Shown: piece by piece, positions 18,164 through 27,681 of the stretch
How positions within the stretch are numbered: the first letter of the stretch is position 1
How the letters are laid out: the number at the start of each line of letters is the position of its first letter
Assembly: GCA_030428125.1 (NCBI GenBank)
Contig: JAUIBF010000003.1
Location: 65,516-129,515, forward strand
DNA length: 64,000 nucleotides
Reading direction: 5' to 3'
From: a bacterium
GTDB lineage: Bacteria > Patescibacteriota > Saccharimonadia > Saccharimonadales > SZUA-47
Made by a program: the position numbers and the translations under genes
The notes under the pieces: model-generated
What the model was told of the DNA's origin: nothing
Databases searched by the model: none
The model's input: the letters and a program-made list of their open reading frames with translations, nothing else

Positions 18164-18670
18164 CTTCATTTTGTTTTTAATCTGGAAGTACATTAAAAAT
18201 TCGGCCAAGCAGGATTAGAAAACCAACTTGAAACTCAAGGCGCAAATATACATTTGCACCGAACGTCTTTTGTAGCTGATTGTAGCTAGAAAAGGAAAAA
18301 GAGCAGACGGAACAGGCGATTCACTCGACTGTCCCGCTCGATGAGAAAAAACGTAGTTTTGTCTCATGAGGCTCGCCGTTCGAGGTTAGCTAATCGGCAG
18401 TTAACATGTGGATTTGAAGGTAACCACATAAAAAACCTTTGCACATTTCTCAAAAACACCTCCCAAAACTCCACCTCACACATAAGTCTCTCAACTTAAA
18501 CTCTTAGATTAGATGAGAAAGATGCCTTTTTACGAATTTTTTAAATTCTAACTATATAGCATCAAAAATTCGCATCAATCTATAAACAAAAACAAAAACC
18601 ATCAAAAACAAAATTGTTAGCTGCTGATTAGGTGACCTTGCAAAAACAAAAACAAAAGTAAGAAAAGACA

Positions 18671-19549
18671 ATGCCAACACCAAAAAATAAAAATCACCAA
18701 CCTGTCTTGCTAGATGAAATCTTGAATGAGCTCAAGCCCAAAAAAGGCGAGCGCTATTTAGATTTAACAGCAGGATATGGCGGACATGCGAGCGAGGTTA
18801 TTTCGGTAACCAAAGCAAAAGCAACTTTAGTCGACAGGGATGAGAACGCAATTTATGAACTAAAAAAGCGTTTTAGACTTAAAGAAGCAAAATTAGTGCA
18901 TAGCGACTTTTTGTCAGCAGCTAAGCTGCTGGTGGACGAAAAAGAGTCGTTTGATTTAATTTTAGCGGATTTAGGAGTGTCGTCACCGCACCTTGACAAG
19001 CAAGCCAGGGGTTTTTCTATCCAAAAAGATGGACCATTGGATATGCGCATGGATCAGAGGCAGAAATTAACTGCATCTGACATCGTAAACAACGAAAGCG
19101 AAGCAGAGCTTATTCGTATTCTTAAGGAGTACGGGCAAGAGCCAAAAGCAAAACGCATCGCTAAGTTGATTATCGGGCATAGACCAATACAAACCACACA
19201 TGAGCTTGCCCAAATAGTAAGCAGGGCATGGCCTGGTCACAGCCGGGTTCATCCAGCCACACGAACGTTTCAGGCTATACGTATAGCTGTAAATGACGAG
19301 CTAACCCAAATAGCAGATTCATTACCACTATTACTAAAGCTTTTGAAGCCAGGTGGGCGCCTTGCAATCATTTCTTTCCATAGTTTGGAAGATGCTATCG
19401 TAAAAAGCTTCTTCAATGAGCATGGAGGGAATAGGTATGACGCTACGTTGGATATTCTGACCAGGAAACCGATTGTAGCCCAACCTAATGAAATAGTTTT
19501 TAATCCACGGGCACGAAGCGCGAGACTTCGTGTAGCCGAGCGAAAATAA
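18671..19549 (+). CDS. rsmH: 16S rRNA (cytosine1402-N4)-methyltransferase
   Basis: HQPVLLDEIL, YLDLTAGYGGHA, DLGVSSPHLD, ISFHSLEDAIVK and NPRARSARLRVAE. Confidence 0.92.
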   Translation: MPTPKNKNHQPVLLDEILNELKPKKGERYLDLTAGYGGHASEVISVTKAKATLVDRDENAIYELKKRFRLKEAKLVHSDFLSAAKLLVDEKESFDLILADLGVSSPHLDKQARGFSIQKDGPLDMRMDQRQKLTASDIVNNESEAELIRILKEYGQEPKAKRIAKLIIGHRPIQTTHELAQIVSRAWPGHSRVHPATRTFQAIRIAVNDELTQIADSLPLLLKLLKPGGRLAIISFHSLEDAIVKSFFNEHGGNRYDATLDILTRKPIVAQPNEIVFNPRARSARLRVAERK

Positions 19550-19782
19550 AAATAAAAAGAAAGGAACTAGACTATGCCAATTCAGGTAAAAACAAGTTCT
19601 AGATCCTACAAAGTCAAAGTCCGTGTTGTATAAGCTCTAAAAAATAGAGAAGTTCAACCAGACGACAACGCTTTGTAGAAAAAGCGTACCAACTTAAAAA
19701 ACGTACTAAAAAGGGGGCCGATACATAACGCGCCCGTTATCTAAGCCCCCTTGCAGTACATTAAAACAAAAAATAAAGACAT

Positions 19783-20130
19783 ATGACATATTCATCAGCA
19801 GCAAGTGTGAATAGACAAAGATTTTCGACCAGAGGTCAGAACGCCGTTAGCTTCAAGTCTGAAGACAGGCGTTTAGGGCCGATTACGAATGCCATCGTGC
19901 TTCTAGTAATGGTTTGTTTAATCGGATTAGTTTATCTGACGCAGGTTACGAAGACTAATTCTTTTAGTTATGAAATTGACAAGCTGGAAACAGAACAGTC
20001 ACAACTAAAAGAAGAACAAAAAGATTTAGAACTGACGGCAGCAAGATTACGATCAGTTGAGTCGGAGCGAGTCGCAAAAGCATCCGAAGGCTTAGTCTCT
20101 GTGGCCCCATCAGGTACAATTTCCGAATAA
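19783..20130 (+). CDS. ftsL: FtsL-like bitopic cell-division protein
   Basis: One TM helix followed by a coiled coil (EIDKLETEQSQLKEEQKDLE). It lies between rsmH and ftsI. Confidence 0.6.
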   Translation: MTYSSAASVNRQRFSTRGQNAVSFKSEDRRLGPITNAIVLLVMVCLIGLVYLTQVTKTNSFSYEIDKLETEQSQLKEEQKDLELTAARLRSVESERVAKASEGLVSVAPSGTISE

Positions 20131-20173
20131 TCTATCCTTGTCCGATATAATATAGGCAAAGACTATAGTTCTT

Positions 20174-21943
20174 ATGAATCTAACTCCTAATATTTCGTCT
20201 AAAAAACGCATACAACTTGGGTATGCTTTTATTTTAATTGTAGGCATGTTATTTATTGCCAGACTGTTTTACTTGCAGGTCATTCGTCACGGTTATTATC
20301 AAGATCAAGCATCAGCATCGCAGCTAAAGAGATACGAGATACCTGCTGAACGAGGGGTAATCTATGCATTAGACAGTACTGAAGCCGTGCCAATTGTCTT
20401 AAATGAGCTTCGTTATCAGATTGTTGCAGATCCAGAAATTATTCCTGACAAAGAAGAAACAGCTCTAAAAGTAGCTGATGTTTTAGGTGTTAACAAAGAT
20501 GAAGTTCTGGAAAAACTAAACGGACAATCTCGCTATGAAATCTTAGCCAAAAAACAGACGAAAGAAGTAAAAGAAGAAATTGAAAAACTATACGCTGAAG
20601 GTGAAATTGTAGGTGTCTTTGCCGAAAAAACCACACAACGAGTTTATCCTAGGGGTCAGCTGGCTTCGCAGGTCTTAGGTTTTGTAAACGACGAAGGTGA
20701 AGGTAACTACGGTGTTGAAGAGTCGTTGGATGATAAATTGGCAGGTACAGCGGGAAGAGTCAAGGCTCTAACAGACCAAAATGGGATACCTTTGCTTGCC
20801 AGCGGCGAAAACGTCCTGGAAGAACCCGTTGATGGTGAGGGGATAGTTCTGACAATTGATATTGCTATGCAGGAGCAACTTGAAGCACTTCTGAAAAAAG
20901 GATTAAATAATGCAAAAAGTGAGTCCGGTAGCGCGTTAATAATCGACCCTAATAATGGCCAGATCAAAGCAATGGCTAACTATCCCACGTATAATCCGGC
21001 AGAATTTAATAAAGTCGAAGACCCATTGGTATTTAATAATGCAAATGTAAGCTCACCTCTAGAGCCAGGTTCGATTATGAAGACTTTGACTACTGCCGCA
21101 GCACTAGATCAAGGGGCAGTTTCAGTAGATCAAACTTACTATGACCCTAGTTTTTACAGCATCGACGATGCGGTAGTTAGAAATATCGAAGAAGACGGTG
21201 GAGCTGCTGTACGCTCAGTCGAAGATATTATGCGATTGTCACTGAACACAGGTGCTACGTGGCTTTTGATGCAAATGGGTGGGGATGAATTGAACGAACA
21301 GGGAAGAGAAGCCTGGTATGACTACATGGTTAATCACTATCAACTTGGAAAAGCTACAAACGTAGAGCAAGGATTTGAGGAGCCTGGCTATATACCTGAC
21401 CCAACAGATGGATTTGGGCTAAACATCAGATACGCAAATACCAGCTTTGGACAGGGTATGACGGCTACTCCGTTACAGATGGCTGCCGCTGTAAGTTCAG
21501 TAGTCAACGGTGGAACGTACTACCAGCCTACGCTTGTAGCAGGTACCTATGATGAATCGGGAGAATATTCAGGCTCTGACGCCAAAGTTGTTAACGATAA
21601 CGTTGTTAGCTCTGAAGTGTCATCAACGATTGTAGATTTTATGCAAACAGTACTTAAAGGCAATAGCGTTACCCGGAAATATGCTCGTGACGGATACATC
21701 GTTGGCGGAAAAACGGGGACTGCTGAAATTGCTCGACCAGAAGGTGGTTATTATGAAGACAGGTTCAACGGAACCTATTCTGGCTTTGTTGGTGGTGATA
21801 GGCCAGAATATGTGATTTTAGTACGGGTAAATGACCCTAAAATACCTGGATATGCCGGCTCACAGGCGGCCGGACCTCTGTTCGGCTCTATTGCCAATAT
21901 GTTAATTGATAACTTCTCAGTAACCTCCATTTCGGGTCAATAA
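20174..21943 (+). CDS. ftsI: class B penicillin-binding protein (FtsI/PBP2-type transpeptidase)
   Basis: N-terminal TM anchor, a dimerisation domain, and SIMK (SxxK), SLN (SxN) and KTGT motifs. Confidence 0.88.
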   Translation: MNLTPNISSKKRIQLGYAFILIVGMLFIARLFYLQVIRHGYYQDQASASQLKRYEIPAERGVIYALDSTEAVPIVLNELRYQIVADPEIIPDKEETALKVADVLGVNKDEVLEKLNGQSRYEILAKKQTKEVKEEIEKLYAEGEIVGVFAEKTTQRVYPRGQLASQVLGFVNDEGEGNYGVEESLDDKLAGTAGRVKALTDQNGIPLLASGENVLEEPVDGEGIVLTIDIAMQEQLEALLKKGLNNAKSESGSALIIDPNNGQIKAMANYPTYNPAEFNKVEDPLVFNNANVSSPLEPGSIMKTLTTAAALDQGAVSVDQTYYDPSFYSIDDAVVRNIEEDGGAAVRSVEDIMRLSLNTGATWLLMQMGGDELNEQGREAWYDYMVNHYQLGKATNVEQGFEEPGYIPDPTDGFGLNIRYANTSFGQGMTATPLQMAAAVSSVVNGGTYYQPTLVAGTYDESGEYSGSDAKVVNDNVVSSEVSSTIVDFMQTVLKGNSVTRKYARDGYIVGGKTGTAEIARPEGGYYEDRFNGTYSGFVGGDRPEYVILVRVNDPKIPGYAGSQAAGPLFGSIANMLIDNFSVTSISGQ

Positions 21944-21987
21944 AGTGTTATAATACATAGAGATAGATAACGTTAGGAAAAACAAAA

Positions 21988-23028
21988 ATGACAGATACAG
22001 TAATAAGCTTCACAACCGGGACTTTTGTGGAAGTCATGTTGTTCGGCGTATTTGGATTTTTAATGGCAATGTTGCTGACGCCGATTTATACAACTCTAGC
22101 TTACAAATATGAGTGGTGGAAACGCTCTCGAAGTGTCGATGTAACAGGGAAAAAAGCTACTGTATTTCAGAAATTGCACGGTGCAAAACTGCGTAAAAAT
22201 ATCCCAACAATGGCGGGAATAATTTTTGTTGTTGCTACAGCATTAATAACCTTTGCTGGTAATCTTGAGCGTAATTCGACGTGGCTACCGTTAGCTGCAA
22301 TGCTTGGTGCCGGATTTGTTGGTTTACTAGACGACATCTTAAACATCAGGAGTACTGGTGGAGTGGCTGGTTTGCGCGCCAAGACAAAGTCATTGTTGAT
22401 ATTCATGGTTTCTCTGACTGGTGGCTGGTGGTTCTTTGCAAAGTTGGGCGTTACAGCTATTACAGTACCTTTCTTTGGTGAGTTGGCACTTGGATGGCTC
22501 ATCGTACCCCTGTTTATTCTGGTGGTTATTTCGGCTGCTAATGCTGTAAACATTAGCGATGGCTTAGACGGCCTTGCTGGAGGTTTGAGCGTTATTGCGT
22601 TTAGCACATATGCCTTTATTGCCCTGATGGAAGGTAATGCCGGGGTGGCTGCATTTTGTATGACACTTGTAGGTGCTTTGCTTAGCTATACCTGGTTCAA
22701 TGTCTATCCGGCTAGGTTTTTTATGGGTGATTCGGGGTCATTTGCGCTCGGAACAGCACTCGGTGTGATTGCCATGCTAACGGATACGGTGCTGTTGTTG
22801 CCAATTATTGGATTTGTATTTGTGGTCGAAGCTGGTTCAAGTATGATTCAAATTCTGTCTAAGAAGTTCAGGGCAGGGAAGAAAATCTTTAAGATAGCTC
22901 CAATACACCATCACTTCGAAGCAAGCGGCTGGCCTGAAACTAAAGTAACAATGAGATTTTGGCTTATCGGTGTGATGTCATCTATAGCCGGAATCATCCT
23001 GTATCTTTTGGAGTTTAGTTCATCATGA
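21988..23028 (+). CDS. mraY: phospho-N-acetylmuramoyl-pentapeptide transferase
   Basis: KxxxPTMGG-like NIPTMAGI, NAVNISDGLDGLA and PIHHHFE. Confidence 0.93.
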   Translation: MTDTVISFTTGTFVEVMLFGVFGFLMAMLLTPIYTTLAYKYEWWKRSRSVDVTGKKATVFQKLHGAKLRKNIPTMAGIIFVVATALITFAGNLERNSTWLPLAAMLGAGFVGLLDDILNIRSTGGVAGLRAKTKSLLIFMVSLTGGWWFFAKLGVTAITVPFFGELALGWLIVPLFILVVISAANAVNISDGLDGLAGGLSVIAFSTYAFIALMEGNAGVAAFCMTLVGALLSYTWFNVYPARFFMGDSGSFALGTALGVIAMLTDTVLLLPIIGFVFVVEAGSSMIQILSKKFRAGKKIFKIAPIHHHFEASGWPETKVTMRFWLIGVMSSIAGIILYLLEFSSS

Positions 23029-24275
23029 GCCCACGACGAACTGGTTCAAGGCGCAGATTCGCAGCTGCAAATGCCTCCGGTTCGCAAAGCGAAAATATCC
23101 GGAAGCACAGGCCAGATTATTCGCTAGTTTTGTACATGACTTTGCTATTAGCGTTAGGTGCAGTAACTGTCTATGCTATTAGTCCTGGAATTACTGCGGC
23201 TCAAGGTTTGAATGAAAACTTCTATAGTTCCAAACAGCTTATATCTATAGGTTTGGGCATAGTTGCTTTTATCGTTGCATCCACAATGAACCTTAAAACG
23301 TGGCGTAAACTCGAAACGCCACTTCTGGTAGCGGCAATTGTTGTAGCGCTCGCAGTAAGATTATTTGGTGATCCAGTTAATGGGGCATATAGGTGGCTAG
23401 AAGTTGGTGGTATGTCCTTTCAGGCAGCCGAGCTCATAAAGATTACTCTGGTAGTTTGGTTGGCTGGATATTTGACAAGAAGAAAGATGGAACAGAAATT
23501 GAATCACCCAGATACGTTTAAAATGCTCGGGATAATTTCGGGGATAACTCTTTTTGTGGTCGCAGGTTTACAGAGCGATCTGGGCTCTGCGGCGGTAATG
23601 TTAGGAATAATAGGATTCATGTCATTGATTGCCGGTTTATCGTTCAAGAAAATAGCAGTCGCTGGTCTAGTCGCTATTGTTTTAGTCGGGTTATTTATCG
23701 CAGTTAGTCCGTATAGACGAGACAGGGTTTCAACATTCTTAAACCCGACGGCTGACTGCAAAGATGAGGGCTATCAGGCCTGTCAGGCCCTAATTACGGT
23801 AGGTTCTGGTGGGATGTTCGGGAAGGGCCTAGGGCGTAGTGTGCAGGCTTATGGATACCTCCCAGAAGCTGCGAATGACTCAATATTTGCGATTGTTGCA
23901 GAGAAGTATGGATTCTTAGGGACTTCAATAATGATTGGCATTTTCGTTGCGTTGTTTAGGAAAATAAAAATTGTTGCCGAGAATGCCCCAAATGACTATG
24001 CGCGATTATTAGTAGGGGGAATATTAGCTTGGTTGAGTATTCAGATGATAATTAATGTCGGTGCAATGATAGGGTTACTCCCGCTGAAGGGTATTACGTT
24101 GCCTTTTGTAAGTTATGGGGGCACAAGTATTATCTTTGTGATGGCAGCAATGGGAATAGTCTTTCATATCTCAAAATACACAATTGCTGGACAGCGAGAA
24201 TCTTCTAGAGAATATGGACGTCAAGAGAAAGCTAAATCTACCCGTATAGTACGTCGTAGATGGGGAGAGGCCTAG
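23025..24275 (+). CDS. ftsW: SEDS-family peptidoglycan polymerase FtsW/RodA
   Basis: Ten TM helices, FQAAELIK, PEAANDSIFA and LPFVSYGGTS. The ATGA overlaps the mraY stop. Confidence 0.9.
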   Translation: MSPRRTGSRRRFAAANASGSQSENIRKHRPDYSLVLYMTLLLALGAVTVYAISPGITAAQGLNENFYSSKQLISIGLGIVAFIVASTMNLKTWRKLETPLLVAAIVVALAVRLFGDPVNGAYRWLEVGGMSFQAAELIKITLVVWLAGYLTRRKMEQKLNHPDTFKMLGIISGITLFVVAGLQSDLGSAAVMLGIIGFMSLIAGLSFKKIAVAGLVAIVLVGLFIAVSPYRRDRVSTFLNPTADCKDEGYQACQALITVGSGGMFGKGLGRSVQAYGYLPEAANDSIFAIVAEKYGFLGTSIMIGIFVALFRKIKIVAENAPNDYARLLVGGILAWLSIQMIINVGAMIGLLPLKGITLPFVSYGGTSIIFVMAAMGIVFHISKYTIAGQRESSREYGRQEKAKSTRIVRRRWGEA

Positions 24276-25450
24276 ACATGAAGATTATAGTAGCCGGCGG
24301 CGGTTCCGGTGGACATCTAACTCCTCTATTGGCTGTCGGAACAGCAATCAAGAGCTTAGACAGCCAATCACAGGTTATTCACATAGGCCAAAAAGGCGAT
24401 AAGCTTCACGACGTTACTAATCATAAAAGTATAGACGTTGCATATCAAATACCGGCAGGGAAGTTCAGGCGCTACCATGGTGAGACTTTTTTACAACACA
24501 TTACAGACTTAAAAACTATGGCTCTGAACTTCAGAGATTTTTTTAGATTTGCTTTTGGTACATTCAAAGCTTGGCGACTACTGGGATCGATTAAGCCGGA
24601 CGTAATTTTTCTAAAAGGTGGTTTCGTCTGTGTCCCTGTTGGATATGCAGCCAAGTTACGAAAAATACCGTACATCACACACGATTCAGATGCTATACCA
24701 GGGCTTGCCAACCGTTTAACAGCAAAAAACGCAGTCTACAATACCACAGCGATGAAGCCCAACCTGTATCCATACGAACAAACTAAAACAATTCAGGTAG
24801 GCATTCCGTTGCAGCCGGAGTTTCAGCTAGTCACCGAGAAAATCAAAAATGAAACTAAAAAGAAGCTAGGCTATCCTAGCGATGCACGACTAATATTTAG
24901 TGTTGGAGGGGGGCTAGGAGCACAAAATCTCAATAAAGCACTCGTGAATGCCTCAGAAGATCTGTTAGAGGATAAGAATGCCTTTATCATCCACCTCACT
25001 GGGAAAGTTCCTTACGATGAAACCAAGAAGCTATACGAAGAAATCCTTAAATCTCCTGAAAAACTAAAGAGAGTTAATCTACTAGATTTCAGCAGTGAGT
25101 TGTATGCACTTAGCGCAGCGTCAGATGTGGTAATTACCCGTGCCGGGGCAACTAATATTGCAGAATTTGCCACACAAGCTAAGCCTTGTATTGTTGTGCC
25201 GGCTCCTCACTTAACAGGTGGACAGCAACTACATAATGCCGATGTGTTGGTGGCCAATAAAGCAGCTATTGTGCTACAAGAAACAGAATTGCCTAGCCTA
25301 GCTGGAGTTGTGAGAAGCTTACTGAATGACAAGAAACTAGCAGATAGCTACGCTCAATCCATTCACCAGTTCGCCATAAGCGATTCAGCGGATAAAATAG
25401 CTGAATTGCTACTCAACATAGCAAAGAATAAAACAAAAAACTCAGTATGA
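24260..25450 (+). CDS. murG: UDP-GlcNAc:lipid I N-acetylglucosaminyltransferase
   Basis: IIVAGGGSGGHLTPLLAV and RAGATNIAE. The probable start is the ATG at 24278. Confidence 0.9.
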   Translation: MGRGLDMKIIVAGGGSGGHLTPLLAVGTAIKSLDSQSQVIHIGQKGDKLHDVTNHKSIDVAYQIPAGKFRRYHGETFLQHITDLKTMALNFRDFFRFAFGTFKAWRLLGSIKPDVIFLKGGFVCVPVGYAAKLRKIPYITHDSDAIPGLANRLTAKNAVYNTTAMKPNLYPYEQTKTIQVGIPLQPEFQLVTEKIKNETKKKLGYPSDARLIFSVGGGLGAQNLNKALVNASEDLLEDKNAFIIHLTGKVPYDETKKLYEEILKSPEKLKRVNLLDFSSELYALSAASDVVITRAGATNIAEFATQAKPCIVVPAPHLTGGQQLHNADVLVANKAAIVLQETELPSLAGVVRSLLNDKKLADSYAQSIHQFAISDSADKIAELLLNIAKNKTKNSV

Positions 25451-26379
25451 AATTAAGACGCAAGCAAAAGATTCAATCCAGGCGCGCCAGACCTATTATA
25501 GGGCGATCGTTATCTTCAAATTCATACTACAGGCCAAAAAATACAGCACTATCAAGCGTCGAAACATCTCAAAAAAAGCAGACAGAAGAGACTAAGAAAT
25601 CTAGATTCAAACTCCCAAGCATAGGGAAGTTAGTTAACTTTGCAATCGTAGTCCTGTTCTCTGTGCTGATATTTTTTGCAACTACTCTGTCGTCAACACC
25701 TGATGTCAAAATTGCAGAAAGCAACTTTCAATTTCGGAGTACATCTGAATATCAAGAAAGGGCAAGTAGCCTTCTAAATGAAAATGTACTTAGAAAAAGT
25801 AAGATTTTATTCCGTAGTCAGGATTTTGAAGCCAGTATGATCGAACGGTTTCCGGAGATATCTGCCATAGACGCTATCGTCCCTTTGGGTGGGCGAAACC
25901 TGACAGTTAGTATGAGTTTGTCCGAGCCCTTAGCTGTCGTATCAAATGGATCGGAAAAAGGAATAGTCGATGAAAACGGGTTTCTAGTATCTAAAGATAC
26001 CGAAAATCAGAAAAACTTATATACAATTAGATTCACTACACCACAAGATACATTTGATGTTGGGTCTCGGATATTCACTACCGAAGAGGTCAACCAGCTC
26101 CAGCTACTATCTAAAGAGCTATCTGATATAGAGCTAGACTACAAAGGCAAGAAATTAACAGGGCTCAATGTTACAGAGGTACTATTCAATGTTAGAGATG
26201 GACAATTTGAAGTTAAGTTGGCCGAAGTGCCGTACATTATTAAGTTGAGCGCTTACGCTGATAGTGAAGAGCAGGTGGGGGCCACCAAGGTTACCCTATT
26301 AGAACTACATAACGAACTCAAGAAGCCTCCAGTTAAGTACTTAGATGCAAGGGTGCCTGGTAGGGTGTTTGTACTTTAG
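25447..26379 (+). CDS. ftsQ: FtsQ/DivIB-like bitopic cell-division protein
   Basis: Basic N-terminus, one TM helix (FAIVVLFSVLIFFATTL) and an extracytoplasmic beta-rich domain. It overlaps the murG stop and occupies the last dcw position. Confidence 0.55.
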   Translation: MKLRRKQKIQSRRARPIIGRSLSSNSYYRPKNTALSSVETSQKKQTEETKKSRFKLPSIGKLVNFAIVVLFSVLIFFATTLSSTPDVKIAESNFQFRSTSEYQERASSLLNENVLRKSKILFRSQDFEASMIERFPEISAIDAIVPLGGRNLTVSMSLSEPLAVVSNGSEKGIVDENGFLVSKDTENQKNLYTIRFTTPQDTFDVGSRIFTTEEVNQLQLLSKELSDIELDYKGKKLTGLNVTEVLFNVRDGQFEVKLAEVPYIIKLSAYADSEEQVGATKVTLLELHNELKKPPVKYLDARVPGRVFVL

Positions 26380-26402
26380 CCCCCCTATTACTACCCTAGC
26401 AG

Positions 26403-26420
26403 AGTTCGCAAAATGTTCGC
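26403..26420 (+). promoter_or_regulatory. direct-repeat operator-like element (7-nt repeat, 11-nt period)
   Basis: AGTTCGC-AAAA-TGTTCGC. A near-identical copy lies at 26943-26960. Confidence 0.25.
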
Positions 26421-26522
26421 TAAATGGTAAAAAACATATAAATATATATAATTCAAGAAAAAGCAAATAATTGCAAATAGCAGGGGTGGGGGAGTAGTAC
26501 GTTAAAAATATCACAAACAAAG

Positions 26523-26552
26523 TTTCGTGAAAAAGAAAAGCATTTCACGAAA
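26523..26552 (-). terminator. hairpin terminator candidate for minus-strand transcripts
   Basis: TTTCGTGAAA pairs with TTTCACGAAA (10-bp stem). On the minus strand it is followed by CTTTGTTTG. Confidence 0.4.
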
Positions 26553-26662
26553 AACTAGCGTTGTGGATAACTTAACATGTAGTGTTCCTCGCTACAAAGC
26601 ATCCATACATTAATAAAAATAGCGTAAATGGACGCAAGTACAGTGTAGAGAAACGTAGATAA

Positions 26663-26714
26663 AGGCCTGTTTTAGGTACAGGCCTGAAAACTCCCCTGAT
26701 ACTGGGGGTATCAG
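26663..26714 (-). other. two adjacent hairpins with an alternative pairing option
   Basis: AGGCCTGT (26663-26670) pairs with ACAGGCCT (26678-26685). CTGATAC (26696-26702) pairs with GTATCAG (26708-26714). CCCC at 26693-26696 could instead pair with GGGG at 26704-26707. Confidence 0.4.
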
Positions 26715-26942
26715 TTATCATCTGTAAATATATATGACGAGTCGCAAAATATACATTGTACGACATACTATCTATGTTCACTTTTCGTTCGTATACTCAT
26801 GCCCCACGCCCATGTTTTTGAATTTATTTTATGGATTTAGTTTTTTAAATTTTGGTCTGCCCTAGTTTCTTACAAACTTAATTGTTTTTGGTTATTTATG
26901 TGTTTCTTGCTTTTTAAACCAGGTTTATAAATTAATCATTAA

Positions 26943-26960
26943 TGTTCGCAAAGTGTTCAG
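26943..26960 (+). promoter_or_regulatory. second copy of the direct-repeat operator-like element
   Basis: TGTTCGC-AAAG-TGTTCAG, ending 2 nt from the stop codon of the 26963 gene. Confidence 0.25.
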
Positions 26961-26962
26961 TT

Positions 26963-27667
26963 TTATTCATGTTCAATTTCTACACCGTGTGCGTAGGCGA
27001 GCTCGCAATCATCCTCTTCATTTAGATTGAGTTCAGGCCAAGAGCTTAATTCTGCTGCAGGGCTTACGTGGGGCTCGATATCAACCAAAACTAGTTCGTC
27101 ATCGTTAATTATAAACTGAGGCAACCTATATATATCATATATATACCAACCTTTATTTTTGGCGGCTGTATTTCTGGCACTTCTCAGAGCTGAAAGAAGA
27201 TCTAAGGACTGGTTGTAGTTGCTTTGCGTGAGATTTGGTGATTTTAGGTAGTTAGTACCACTCACACGTTCTATTAAAGCTCCTAGACAAAAGTTCCTGT
27301 CGAGCGAGAAAGTATCACAAAATTCTCTGCCATTATAATCCTCATCTGCCGGTGAGATAGATTCTGTAAGTAAGTTTAGGATTTTCCATTCATGTACGGC
27401 GACTCTGCAAGGCATCACTTCGGATACTGCTTGTATTGCATCTTGTAGTTCTTGGTCGACTTTTTCTAGAAATCCATCTATACCATCCAACTGAAATTCA
27501 TCAATAAGACCAAGAGGCACATCTACAACTATAGACCTTAAAACTTTATCGCCTAATGTGGGATTTGCAAATAGATTACTTGTTCCGTTTGCAGTGAAAC
27601 CTGGCGGCTTACCTTCCCAGTCAATAACCTCTAGTCCTGAAATAGTTTTAGGAGGTAAAGCATTCAT
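26963..27667 (-). CDS. hypothetical acidic protein (third gene of the HTH operon)
   Basis: 234-aa ORF, 14 nt after the upstream gene. The C-terminal YDIYRLPQFIINDDELVLVDIE loosely resembles a kinase-like catalytic loop plus a DFG-like strand. Confidence 0.5.
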   Translation of the reverse strand: MNALPPKTISGLEVIDWEGKPPGFTANGTSNLFANPTLGDKVLRSIVVDVPLGLIDEFQLDGIDGFLEKVDQELQDAIQAVSEVMPCRVAVHEWKILNLLTESISPADEDYNGREFCDTFSLDRNFCLGALIERVSGTNYLKSPNLTQSNYNQSLDLLSALRSARNTAAKNKGWYIYDIYRLPQFIINDDELVLVDIEPHVSPAAELSSWPELNLNEEDDCELAYAHGVEIEHE

Positions 27668-27681
27668 GAATTAACCAAAAG

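Noticed and set aside
18341-18499. A 52-codon ATG ORF (MRKNVVLSHEARRSRLANRQ...) in the mraZ-rsmH spacer.
   Set aside because: It has no Shine-Dalgarno or promoter context. Its 5' end is buried in the strongest hairpin of the spacer, and its composition is not protein-like. It is kept only as part of the spacer finding.
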